A stretch of DNA of 64,000 nucleotides from positions 45,448,001 through 45,512,000 of the forward strand of contig NW_024704743.1 of NCBI RefSeq assembly GCF_018977255.1. The letters run 5' to 3'. Source of the stretch: Callorhinchus milii (taxonomy: Eukaryota). The notes beneath the pieces were generated by a model. That model worked only from the letters and a program-made list of their open reading frames with translations. It did not search any database and was not told the DNA's origin. This document shows, in pieces, positions 13,042-25,634 of the stretch; positions within the stretch are counted from its first letter, which is position 1, and the number at the start of each line of letters is the position of its first letter. Made by a program: the position numbers and the translations under genes.

Positions 13042-13487
13042 ATAACAACAACAAAGTTACATTTATAGAGCGCCTTTCACGTCGGGAGGACATCCCAAAG
13101 CGCTGAACAGTCAGGTGTCGGGGCCCGAGCATGGGGGAGGGGGGATGTAGGGGTGAGGGAAGGCAGAGAGTGGGAGGAAGACCAAAGGCACGGTCGAAGA
13201 GAAAGGTCTTGAGACCGGCCTTGAAGGAGGCAAGGGAGGAAGCGATGCGAAGGGACCGTGGGATGGAGTTCTAGAGTGTGGGGGCAGAGAGGCTGAAAGC
13301 CCGGCCACCGATGGTAGGGCGGGTCGGGTGGGAGCCATGGAGCAGGCTGGAGCCCGATGAACCGAGGGAGCGGGCAGGTTGGTAGGGAGTCAGCAGGTCA
13401 GAGAGATAGGAGGGGGCAAAGCGATGGATTGCCTTAAAGTTGAAGACGAGGATCTTGAACTCAAGGTGAGGACGAGGATCTTGAACT
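13042..13487 (-). mobile_element. L2 LINE 3' fragment with (CAA)n tail
   Basis: EFKILVFNFKAIHRFAPSYLSDLL...GGRAFSLSAPTL. Confidence 0.88.
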
Positions 13488-14569
13488 GAATAACTGAAGC
13501 TGATGCAAGCAAACACTTCCTAACCTTCCTTGATCTTATTTTAATCTTAATACTTCAAAAGTAAAACAGGCTTTTTATCAGTTGCACAGCCTAGACAAAG
13601 TCCCTTCTGCAACCCAATCATACACCATACTACAACAGCAGAACAGAACGTACTTCACAAGATGCAGCACAAAAGTCTGATGTGAGGCTGCCATATCTGT
13701 ACATTAAACAGCACAGGGATAAGAGCTGCCAGAACAAAAGATGTCTGCTTAAGCTTATCCAAACCAGAATGAGTGTTCCATATACATGATAATAATAATC
13801 CTTACATATGGGTCTTTCACATCAGGAAGACGTCTCAAAGCACTTTACAGGATATGCTGTAAAGGTGACTGTATCTCGTGGGTGAAGCCGGTAGCCAATT
13901 TGCACACAGCAATGGCCCACAAACAACCATCAAGTGAAGGACAAATTTTATTTTGTGACTTGTTACCTCTGTCGTTTTCACTATCAGAATTAATTTAATC
14001 AAGAAATAATTTGTCATCAATTGCAGCAAAGATATTCTGCGGAATTTGTTCACATTCAAACAATTGATCATGTATTCGCCGTCCAGTAGTTTCCATGCAT
14101 ATTTGCATGGATCAAGTCTGCTTTCTTCCATATAGTGTGACTTTTGATTTTCTGAATCAAAACTGAATGTGCTGGAGGCAGAAGGCTAGAGTCAACACCT
14201 TTCATCTTCTCTTAAGGTTTATTTTGATTTGTTAGAGCATACTTTTGCCTAAAAATAGCTCAACTTTTCTAACTTTGGCCTTGTCATACAGAGCACAAAC
14301 AAACTCCTCTAACATTTCTGTAAGGTAATCAACATTTCTGACCTTCCAAGATTTCCAAAAGCTTGTAGAAAGGTTTCCGATTTTTCAAATAGCTCCAGTG
14401 GATAAACCGTTTCCTTTCAAATGTTTTGATACCCTGGCCCCCTATTCTGCCATATATCTTTGTAGTGCAAATGAGCCATAATTTATCAACAGATTCTTCA
14501 GAATTGTGCAGGCTAGTACATTCAAGCCTTTTGCTCCCAGATGGAAAAAGAACCTTCGTAGCTCTTGGA

Positions 14570-15055
14570 CTAATCCCACCTACCCATGGAAATTACAGAG
14601 ATGTTTTTGGAATGGAATGTGTACTCTCTCTCAAGAGAGATATATCCTGTTCACCTAATTCCAAAAAGGTTTTAGGCGTAGGTTGGCAAGAGCCCAGGCT
14701 TGGGGAGTGCTGGAGTCGAACCATCTAAAGCTGCATAGCTTGCCATTGAGCACTGTCGGTCAAGCTTTCCTGCTGCTTGTCCAGTTAGGCCCACCCTACC
14801 TGTTAGCTTTGGCTTGCAGGGTTAACAGGAGCTGAGCGGGATGATTCCCTTTTACCAGTGACTGGCCTGCCTTTCCAAGTCTTGCCGAGGAGCCAAGCTG
14901 GTTGGACTATATCAGAGTGCCCTGGAACACAGTGGACCCGCATGCTTTAGGAACTGGACTACCAATACTGAGTCTGCCACAGAAGACTGGATAGATTCTG
15001 AAATTTTGCTCCAAGGAGACCCGCTTACCTCTCCCGCAAGAAGATAATCACCAGT
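14570..15055 (+). repeat. Longest copy of an unclassified dispersed repeat family (8 fragments in window)
   Basis: Shares aggttggcaagagcc, gcttgccattgag...caagctt, ttgcagggttaacagg, aggaactggac and gattctgac blocks with copies at 1725-1922, 26560-26895, 27355-27640, 36250-36506, 39617-39862, 61025-61520 and 63930-64000. Confidence 0.8.
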
Positions 15056-17952
15056 TGTTCATTTGACATCCCTCACTGCATTGAAGCCCTCACTAGGTGG
15101 ATAGTAAGTACCAGGATCTCCTTGCTTCCTGGTGGGCAACGCAAATCAGTGTGTAATGTGTGAAGGCATTCCACCATCTTCCAGTTGGAGGTGCGAAGTT
15201 CAGGTGCGGAGTTTAAGCGGCAGTTGTTTGCCTGTCTGCAAACCAATCAAGGTGGATTCCAGGCGCTGGATGTAAGAAACATGTTTTCACAAACTCAGAC
15301 TTCAGGGAATGCCTTCCAGCAGCGGTCGCCCCAAGCCTTAGGGTTTCCTCATCAGCTATCTGGTGAGCATCTGCCTTCAGAGTGGTGTAACACCACTGCT
15401 TCCTAAGGAATACTTTTTCAACCTCATTGTCTTCTGTACATGTTAATTGTGATGATGGACTACATTAAAAATAATATAAAGAAGACACTTGACCCCTGCT
15501 GAATTTCAGAGGGAAGGGCAGTTACTCCTCGGTGCTCACTGTTGAATCTTATTTTTTAAGAATGGATTATTGTTCTTAAAATCACATCTGATCCCTCGAG
15601 TTCACCTTCAATTTTTTCTTGTCTAAAAATAACAAGTTGACTGCGAGTGAGTCTGGGTGTAGGCAGCCTTTGGTTTTAATGGGCATAGTGATTTGCAGGC
15701 ATTGCTGTGGCAGCGTCTTGATTAATAACCCGTTGGACAAAATTATTGAGTGTGGAGCTGGTGATTCTCTCCTGTTCCTTTGTTAATTGGAGAACAGTGA
15801 GGTCAGAAGCTAATAACTTAGACAAAGATTGAGTCATCTCAAGTCAGGTAAATTACTCCTTTCTGTGCGGCATCCATTTCGTAGAGGACAGAACTCCATT
15901 TATAAACAGGTTTAATCAATGTTTTTTTTGTTTCTGTGCTGCATTAGCAGTATCATAATGTTTGGTAAACAGAGAGACAGATTTGTGCTCGGACAACAGT
16001 ATTCTACATTTATGTAGCACCTTTCACATCAAGAGGACCTCTCAATGTGGTTCACGCACATTTGAAAAGGCAACAACTCAAATTGAAGTTGACATACATA
16101 TCAGTTATAATGGTCAATTAACTACACTAAAAAGCACTAGCGTTGGATGCCCAATGGACATTAGCATCATTCATTTATTTATATGTACATTACAGGATGG
16201 TACTGTTCATTCTATATATTTTTAACAAGCAATTGAATTGGTTTGAGTCATCATACAGCAATAATACTAGATTTTTCAAATAATGTATTGCCAAATCAAC
16301 TGCCAGATTCCATGAAGATTGGGTATGTGTGATGGGCATTTGTGTGGAGCAGCAGCACCAGCCAGACCTGCTTGTTTTTGGGCTGTACTTTCAGTGAATC
16401 TATGAATTTCAATTATTTATTTTCTCTCTGAGGCAGTCTGCTCATTCTGTATGTTATTAAATCCCTGACAGTAATCAAATTCCCAAACAGCCTCTGCTAT
16501 TTTCCCCAGACCAAATATCTATTCAAAATGGCTTTGACATTATTAGATTATGGATTATTAGATTATTATTTTTAGTCCCTCAAGGTCATGTCACATGTGT
16601 GGTTCTGTCGCATATTTGGTGGAAGGTGACAGAAGTGATCAGATTTATCAAATTCACTGATTTATCTCCCCCAACCATTTGCTTATCCAATCTCACCAAT
16701 TTTTAGGTAAATTGGTATTATATGAAGCCGGGCAGCCATATAGGTTAGATTTACAATTTGTGATCAATGACCTGTTGCTGGGCCAATACAGTACCACTTG
16801 TTATGGTAATCTAGATTGACAAACTTTGCCAGAGTCTGAAGAGAAGGATAAAATAAGTGACTTTTCCCCTCATTTATGTCGGTACATTCCAGAGGGTCAG
16901 ACGATTGACCACAATTTTTTGACGACAGTTTTTTGCTTCCTATGTTTTTTTCTTACTTTACTGAATCCCTTTGCAAGTGTTTTCTTGGGACTCTAAAATC
17001 AGACATGTGCAGATGTATATGTGAAGTGGTAAGTACAGGTGCCCTCTTCACTCCCAAAGTGAAGGCACGACATAAATATATTCTGTAATAAATAACTCAT
17101 TAAAAGAATTACAGGTGATTCTGAAATGTTTCATTTATTGTTAGGTGTATAATAAGCGCTCTGAAATGCCGTCCAGCGTGAAGGGCGCTATATAAATCCA
17201 AGTTGTTGTAGCAATTAAAAGCAGCGTTAATTTCCTCTAAATATACATTACACAGGGTTATCCAAACCCACACATTAGACCTCCATTAATGATTACGTTG
17301 AGAGACTATCTTTGGCTGCTGCAATGTCTCCTTTGGAGGCTTGCTTCCAGTGGATGCTTTGGGAGGATTAACCTTTTTGTCCATCTCTGGGTTTGTGAGC
17401 CCGGCCTTCCTGTAATTATAGTCCACCTATTTTAGAGGACTACTTACAGGAACAAGAGCATTATTTCAATCTTTTATAATCACTATGTGATGACTGGACC
17501 TTGGGGTTTTGAATATTACTATTAGTGTAAAGTTAGAATTATCCATTGTATAAAAATATATGATAACAGCTCTATTTGCTGATTGTTGCAAAAAAAAAGC
17601 CACTGCACAAAATGCCCAATTGTTCTAGGACACGTTAACAACTGGGGGTGACATTTCAAAATCACATGAGCATTGAGGCCACACAACAGCAGATGAGCCT
17701 TGTTCATGCCTATAGCAGGAGGAAAGAAAACAATGAAGGGGCATATTTAGAAAATTGTACCATTCCTGCAATTACCTAAGGGTTTATCTCCCACAGTTGA
17801 ACAGTTTTTTTTTAACTGGTCATCGGCGCTGAGAGTTAAATGGAAAGCACAAGAGCAGCATGTTGGCACAGTATATTGGTAACACAGTGTCTGGTATCAC
17901 AATGGCACAAAGTGGATCAGAGCATTTTCCCATCTTGTCAGTCCCAATCTTG

Positions 17953-18266
17953 GAGTCCTGTAGCTCAGTGGTTAGAGCACTCACTTTGCAAGTGAGAGAC
18001 CTGGGTTCAATTCCAGGCAGGGCGAAACCTTGGGCAAGTTTCCTTACTCCTCACGCCTAATAATAATCCCTCAAAAAAAACAATAATAAATTGGTCATTT
18101 TCAATCCACGACTGTTTGTGGGACATTGCTGTACACAATTGGCAGCCACGTTCGCCCACAAATATACAGTCAATTCACTTTACAGTATATTCTGTGAAGC
18201 GCTTTGGGATGTTTAGAAGACGTGAAAAGCGCTATATCAAATGCAAGGATTATTATTATTATTATT
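17953..18266 (+). mobile_element. tRNA-derived SINE, short subfamily, full length with (TTA)n tail
   Basis: gagtcctgtagctcagtggttagagcac head; lacks the ~60-bp central segment; ends gcgctatatcaaatgcaaggattattatt. Confidence 0.92.
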
Positions 18267-18902
18267 GGCCAACTGCTTGGGGGAAGGGGTGGGTATCGCC
18301 TCCGACCGTACCTTACCCCAAATGCTACCGAAACCCTCATGCATTTGTTTGTCACCTCCCGCTTGAACTACTCAAACGGCAGTCTCCCCAGCTCCACCAT
18401 TTAAAGATCCAGCTCATTCAGAACTCTGCCGCCCGCATACTGACCCGGACCAAACTCCGTACACACCTCACCAGTTCTGGCCAGGCTCCACTGCCTCCCC
18501 ATCACCGAACGGATCGACTTCAAGGTCCTCACACATGTATTCAAATCCCTTCACTTCATGGCACCTCCCTACCTCTCTGACTTCCTCACTCCCCAATCAA
18601 CCACCCGGCGCCTCCACTCGACTCCACCGGCCTCCTGCTCGTCCCTCGCACCCTCCGCCCAATCATTGGAGGTCGTGCTTTCAACCACTATGCCCCAAAA
18701 CTCTGGAATACTCTCCCTCAATCCCTTCACCTTGCCCCCTCTCTCCCCCTTTTTAAGTCCCTTCAGAAAACCTTCCCCTTCGACCGTGCTTATGGCCACC
18801 TTCCCCGCCCACCACTCCGGCTCGGAGTCAGGTCACACCACTGTTAAGTAGTCTGAGACACTACCCTCCATGGAGGGCGCTATATAAGTGTAGGTTGCTG
18901 TT
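18267..18902 (+). mobile_element. L2 LINE 3' fragment starting directly after a SINE (TTA)n tail
   Basis: LKIQLIQNSAARILTRTK motif; 3' tail gagggcgctatataagtgtaggttgctgtt. Confidence 0.88.
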
Positions 18903-18966
18903 GGAAATAGATGAAATCTGAATGATTTTTCACAAGCAGGAAGAATACTTGGAAGCCAATTTGTTT

Positions 18967-19100
18967 CATAGAAACATAGACACATAAACAGGATTAGGGC
19001 ATTCAGCCCCTCGAGCCAGTTCCACCATTCTATAAGATCACGGCTGATCTGTAGCTCAAATCCAATACCTTTGCCGCCAATCCCTTAATACCCTGACCCG
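18967..19100 (-). mobile_element. CR1-type 3' terminus; similar tails at ~2490-2760, 22222-22330, 25810-25870, 34640-34880, 45285-45560
   Basis: Plus strand shows catagaaacatag...ggcattcagcccctcgagcc, the reverse complement of the CR1 3' stem-loop plus (TTCTATG)-type tail. Confidence 0.7.
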
Positions 19101-20434
19101 ACAACTATTTTTTGGACTGCGAAAGGTTGGCCAAGTTTCCTTACTCCACACATCTCTGTTTACCGAGCAGTAAGTAAGAACCCGGTTATTAGTCGGTCGG
19201 TGAATCAATTTTCCGGGGGTAATAATTCTTCAAAAAAAATAATCATAATAAATTTCTCACTCAATCCACAAAATTGTGAAGTCAGCCATTGATTCCCACA
19301 ACCATTCACAATACAGGCAACTTGTGATCTACCTTCTCCTGAGAAACTGGGGTGAAGGTCCATGTGGGTGCTGACCTGATGATCAAATTCACCAGGCTTT
19401 TGACCTCCTCAGCCATCGCTCTCAATTAATTAAATTCTTCCAACTCGGGGTTCAACAATTTTGTTTTCTAAGTAAACAAAACAGTTGCTGGGGGAAGGTA
19501 ATTCAGCACAGCAAGTACCCCCACCCCCAACACCCAGTTGCTGTCAATTTGCAGCCACCCAACTCTTACTCAAGGCTCCATCACAGACATGCTGACCAGT
19601 GTTGTCACCACACACATACACCCACAATAATCCCCGCACACACCCACACCCGCACACAAACAAAATGGATAATAGTTTAAAGCAGGGTGGTCCATCCTTT
19701 TGGCTGCCGAGAGCCAGATGCTCTATTTGAGAGACATAAGCAGCATAAGCAGTATTTTTGTGTTTCCTTTCTAGAAACATAACATTTATACTGCACAACT
19801 TTGCCCCCTTTGTTGGATGGCGTGGAATAAACCTCTATGTACATTTTTATGTAGTGCCTTTCACATCAGGAAGACATCTCAATGCGCTTCACCCTGCTGG
19901 CTGGGTCCCTGAGCTGGGGTGCTTTATAGCTTTAATCCATTTTAATCCACAATTCATGATTTCTAGAATGAAAGAACATACTGAAAGACATAGAATCATG
20001 TAGACTGTACAGCGTTGAAACTAGTTTGTGTCAATGTATCCACACTCTACAAAGGCTCTCGATCCATCCTAATCGCCTCTTCTTATCCCCCTCTTTAATC
20101 CAGTCTCCTTGTGCCCGAAGAGAGCAGGAAAGGTAATGTCAAATCTGGGTATTTTCTTTTCTAACCACCTTCAAATGTAGGTTACAATTAAGCTGAAACA
20201 CATGCTGGGATACAGTTATGAAACTTTTGAAAAAGACTGTCAGGCATGACAGGTACTCAAAGCCCCAATGAACACAAGCACGATTTTGTTGAAATGAGCT
20301 CAGCATAACTAGCACAGCAGCAGTGTAATTCTACATCCCCAGACATGCTTGTTAGGTCCTTGTACATGACCAAAGGAAACCAATACTGCACAGAACATAA
20401 CTTTAAAAAGGAAAGTCATTTGCTTATTTTACAC

Positions 20435-20972
20435 CAACAACAACAAACTTACATTTGTATAAAGTCTTTCACATCGGGAGAACATCCCAAGGCTCTGGAC
20501 AATCAGTGTTTAGGACCCGAGCTGGGGGTCAGGATCGCGGAGGGTGGAGGGCAGATGGGGGAAGAAGGATGATTGAAGGCACAGTTGAAGAAGAAGGTCT
20601 TGAGACAGGTCTTGAAGGAGGTAAGGGAGGGGGCGAGGCAGAGTGACTGCAGGATGGAGTTCCAGAGGGTGGGGGAGAGTGACTGAAGGCCCACCTGGCA
20701 ATAGTGCGGCTGGTGAGGTGGGGACGTGAAGCAGGCCAGAGCCTGCTGAGCGGAGGGAGCGGACAGGAGGGTACGGGGCTAGGAAATCGCAGAGGTGGGA
20801 GGAGCAAGGCCATGGAGGGCTTTGAAGGTGAGGAATAGGATCTTGAACTGTATCCTCTATGTGATGCGAAGCCAGTGGAGTTGGGCTAGGATGGGGGTAA
20901 TAGGGTCACGGAGCCTGGTGCGAGAGAGGACATGGGCTGCAGATTTCTGGACGATTTGCAGCCTATGGAGGG
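20435..20972 (-). mobile_element. L2 LINE 3' fragment with (CAA)n tail
   Basis: Same C-terminal motifs (PTLWNSI...FKTCLKTFFF). Confidence 0.87.
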
Positions 20973-22879
20973 AAGTACAGCGAGATAATCAATTTATGTT
21001 TTCTTTACAATTTTTTTTAGATCGTTTCTGTGTGTAATAATCCCTTCCAAAAAAAAGTGCTCATTCAAACCATGACGGTTTGTGGGACATTGCTGTGTGC
21101 AATTGGCTAATGTGTTTCACCCACAGTATATTCTGTGAAGCTCTTTAAGACGTCTCAATGACATGATAAGGCACTATATCAAATGCAAGGATTATTATTA
21201 TTAGCCAGCGAGTACATTAGCATCAGGCAGCAAATGTAGACAAATACCAATTCTGATGAACAAAGTTTGAATAAATATGATTTGTTTAAAGATTGCCTGG
21301 GAATTTTAGGACAATACTATGTCCTCTTGCAACCAGAAAATTTAATGGTCAGTACCATGGAGCTCATTGCAGCCACCATCAGTAAGATGGGCTTCAGACT
21401 GAGTGAGCTTGTTAGACTCATATTCTCTTTCCTGCTCTTTCAAATAATACTTCCCCTCAGTATGATGCATTATGCAACTGCCCAGCTGAAACTGACAAAA
21501 CTCAGCCAGCCGAGGCCAGCAAATTTGATTGGTGGGAGCCCTGGGACTGCAATGTCTGGTTGGAAACCAACAATCAGCTGTTTCAACCAAGCTGTCCTAT
21601 TCACATACATGTATACAATTTTAAGCTGAACGTTTCATGGTTAGAGTGGTCACCTAGGCTACCCAGCACTGTTTTTCTCTAAAAAGATGCACAATCCTTT
21701 GAAGTGCATCTGCAGACCTAATAGACATTCATTAGGAATGTCTCAAACCATTCTGGCAGAAATCAGCTTCCACAAAATCCATTAAGGCCTCTGGTAATTT
21801 TTTGCTTCAGCAGCTACAGTTAACAAAATAGTTGACGTATAAGAGACGCTTGATGTAACAGCGAAAGGAATGAAGCTCTAACAAGATCTATGGGTAAATA
21901 ATTGCATAGGAGCTTAAAGAACTATACTGCTGGAAGCAAGCTTCTGAAATGCCTGAAAGGTGGGACTGGAGGGAGATTAATGATGAACACTAACTCCTTC
22001 AGCTTTGATTGACAGGCAGGAATCGTGTCCACGGGCTGCTTGGCTGGAGCAGGGATGCCTGGAATTTAAATGAAACACATACACAAATAAGACAAGTATA
22101 GCCTTCAAGAAATAAAATCATCAATACTTTGTACAGAAGCGTGTATGCAAGAGTAAATGTGTTTCCCTTCAAAGAAAGCACCAATGAAACATTTTTAGCA
22201 TTAACTACAGACACTTGTAGAACCATAGAAATTTACAGAACAGAAGAAGGCCATTTGGCCCATCGTTTCTGCGCTGGGTCTTTTAAGAGAAATTTTTTCA
22301 GTCCCATTTATCTGCCTTTTCCCCACATAAGATGTTAACAAGAAATTGAATTAGTCTTAAAGATGAGGTAATTAGTTTGCTCCAAACTAAATTGACCAAA
22401 ACCATTAAAAACACCATCTTCCGTGTGTCACAAAAAAGTAAATATCCCCCCCACCCCTCCACCTGTGAAATTGAAGCCTCTAATAAATGTGTCCAATCCA
22501 TGTTGATAAAACACAAGACATGAGAAAATGTGAGGAAACACAGGGTCTATAACTCCCACACATTGTAAAAATGCTGAAGGTTGGAATTTAAAATGCCAGT
22601 TTAGTTAAGCGCCTTGGGATGTCTTTCCAATGTGAAAGGCACTATATGAATGTAAATTTGTATTGTATTGTAGTGCACTCCCTGTCTTGCATTCTAAGAT
22701 AGGAAAGGGAGGGAAAGAGGAGCATTCCTGTATTTGTCAATCTCTCTGGGATCTAATAATAATATTTATTCTAGGTGGCCCGCAAATCCAATCAGATTTG
22801 ACAATGAAAGAAACCAATAGACATAATCCAATAAACACACCACTGGTTGGTTAAAACCCATAGAATGTATTTATATATA

Positions 22880-23050
22880 AAAAAATTGGTCACTCAATCC
22901 ATGACTGTTTGTGGAACACTGCTGTGCGCAATTGGCTGCCGCGTTTTGCTCACAAATATACAGTCAATTCACTTCACAGTATATTGTGAAGCACTTTGAG
23001 ATGTCTAGAAGACGTAAAAAGCGCTATAGCAAATGCAAGAATCATTATAA
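22880..23050 (+). mobile_element. SINE 3' half (5'-truncated); similar tail-only pieces at ~781-905, 21035-21202, 24392-24527, 52935-53002, 61125-61258
   Basis: Deu-type block and tail matching the full-length copies. Confidence 0.82.
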
Positions 23051-24259
23051 CATTTCCTTTTTTCCTTTCTGAACTTATTTATCTGTACCAGATTCATTTT
23101 TCTTAATAGCTGGACTTAAATGGTCTCCTTTTCATTTTTAAGGGATGTGATTTTGCTTTTTAATTACAGTGCTCAAAGCAATTTGTTTTCATTTTTTTAA
23201 AATGCAAGTCCAAAGATTTTATTCACGGTTTAATACTTTTATCTGCACTATATTATATACAGTATTCTTATCTGTATTCTTTCACCCATTATCCAGTGAT
23301 TTAAAAATTCCATTAACTATTAATTTAATTGATCTGCTGTACTGCAGAATGGTCTGTTATTGGCAAATGCCTACTGAACACACATTCACACCGTGCTTTC
23401 AATTTTGACAGGATAATTGCAAAGAGCCAAAATGGTGTTGGCCTTTAGCTTGCTCAAAATATGAAGACACATTTGAATTCAGAGTAGAAATCCACATGAA
23501 TCTGAATGAACCTATCTTTCGTTTTCAAATGTTGATCAACCTCTTTTGCATTTCCAGCATATTCAATGTTTATTTCAGATTCTCACGTTTTGCAGATTTT
23601 CTTTTTATCTCTTAAATCTCAATAACCCATCAGGCAAAACACTGGAGAATTGTCTCATCTGTTTAATGCCAGCTAATTAGAGAATTTAACATGACCAGCA
23701 ATCCAGCTTGCTTTTGATTGAAATGAAGCAGTGAGATTGTTCAGAAACAGAAACATTAATGGCAATGTAAATGGATCTTGCATTTATCTTCCACATAAAA
23801 CTGCCTGCCCTTAAACATTACAAGAAATTTGTTGGGCAAATTAATTTCCAGTTGAAGAAGTTATTAGTAAAAAAATCTATACCTTAGCAAACAGACTACG
23901 AAAGCAAGTTCTCAGTCCTTACCCCTTTGTTAATAAATCACCATTGAATGGACACACTGGACTTAGATTTAAAGGCAGCTATGCGCTGCTGGCTCTGTCT
24001 AAGGGGCAGTACTTTGTTATAATTTCTATTTGCTGTTGAATATTGCATGTAGAACCCATTATAACACCTAGTGGCTCCATAAAATCCTCACCAACTTTAT
24101 CACAGGACATAATCACCAGTCAGCACTAATGAATCGCAAGGTCACCACATATGCTTGGAGAGGGTCAGCTGGCTCCATTGGTGCACATCACACCTCAAAT
24201 CATGTCATCACACTCTCCCAGTTCAAAATGTGACGTCACACAATGAGCCATTTTGATGC

Positions 24260-25634
24260 ACAACATCCACCTACATTTATATAGCATCCTTCATGTAGGA
24301 TAAAGTCTCAGAGCTCTTCACATGACACAGCAAAGTCGCTGAGCAACGGGAGAGGGGAAAGGTGGAGGTGACTAAAGTGCAGTTGAAGAGGTAATAATAA
24401 TAATCCTTGCATTTCATATAGCGCTTTTCACGTCGGGAGGACGTCCCAAAACGCTTCACAGAATATACTGTAAAGTGAACTGACTGTATATTTGTGGGCG
24501 AACGTGACAGCCAATTACGCACAGCAATGAAGGTCTTGAAGGTGGCGAGGGAGGGGGTGAGACGGAGGGACTGCGGCATGGAGTTCCAGAGGTGGGTGCA
24601 GAGTGGTGGAATAATAATAATCCTTGCATTTGATATAACGCTTTTCATGTCTTCTAGATGTCTCAAAGTGCTTCACAGAATATACTGTATATTTGTGGGC
24701 GAAACGCGGCAGCCAATTGCGCACAGCAGTGTCCCACAAACAGTCGTGGATTGAAAATGACCAATTTATTATTTTTTTTTGTTTTGAAGGGATTATTATT
24801 AGGCGTGTGGAGTAAGGAAACTTGCCCAAGGTTTCGCCCTGCCTGGAACTGATCCCAGGTGTCTCGCTTGCAAGACGAGTGCTCTACCCACTGAGCTACA
24901 GGAAGGCCCGACCGCCAATAGTGGGGTGAGTAAGGCGGGGGACGTAAAGCAGGCCAGAGCCCGTTGAGTAGAGGAAGCAAGCAGGGTGTTAGGGGGTTAG
25001 GAGGTCGGAGAAGGTTTCGGTGGACTGCGGCGTGAGACAGTGTCAGAGCCGGGCGACATTACAGAGGTGGGGGAAGACAGAACGGATCATGGTGCAGATG
25101 TGGGGTAGAAAGGATAGTTGAGGGTCGAACAAGACCCCAAGGTTCTGGACTGGCTCAGTGAGGTGGAGTGTGCAACCATGGATGGCGCCTGAGGTGAGGA
25201 GGCGCTGACGGGAGCCAATCAGGAGAGCCTCGGTCTTGTTGACGTTCAACTGTAGAAAGTTAGCTCTCATCCAGGACTTGATGTCTGACAGACATTCTGT
25301 CAAGAACAGCAGTGGTCCTGGAGTCAAGGGTGGAGGCAGAGAGGTAGAGTTGGGTGTCATCCGTATACATGTGGAAGTTGACTCCATGTCTGCGGTTGAT
25401 GTCACCAAGAGGGAGCATATAGGTATTAAAGAGGAGGGGACCAAGGACAGAGCCCTGAGGAACGCCACACGAAACAGTCTGGGGGCGAGAGGAAAAGCCG
25501 TTTGAGGAGATGAGGTTCAGGCGGTGCGAGAGGTACAAGCTGAACCAATCAAGGACAGCCCCAGGGAGGTTGAGGTGAGAGGCGATGGATGAGGATAGAG
25601 TGGTCGACAGTGTCGAAAGCAGCAGAAAGGTCAA
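24260..25634 (-). mobile_element. L2-clade LINE fragment (RT to 3' tail) interrupted by two SINE insertions
   Basis: SCGVPQGSVLGPLLFNTYM...FHMYTDDTQLY and SDIKSWMRANFLQLNVNKTE in ORFs 25260..25634 and 25043..25468. Confidence 0.92.
24611..24903 (-). mobile_element. tRNA-derived SINE, short subfamily, inserted inside an L2 LINE
   Basis: Reverse complement of the family consensus, with contiguous L2 sequence on both sides. Confidence 0.9.
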
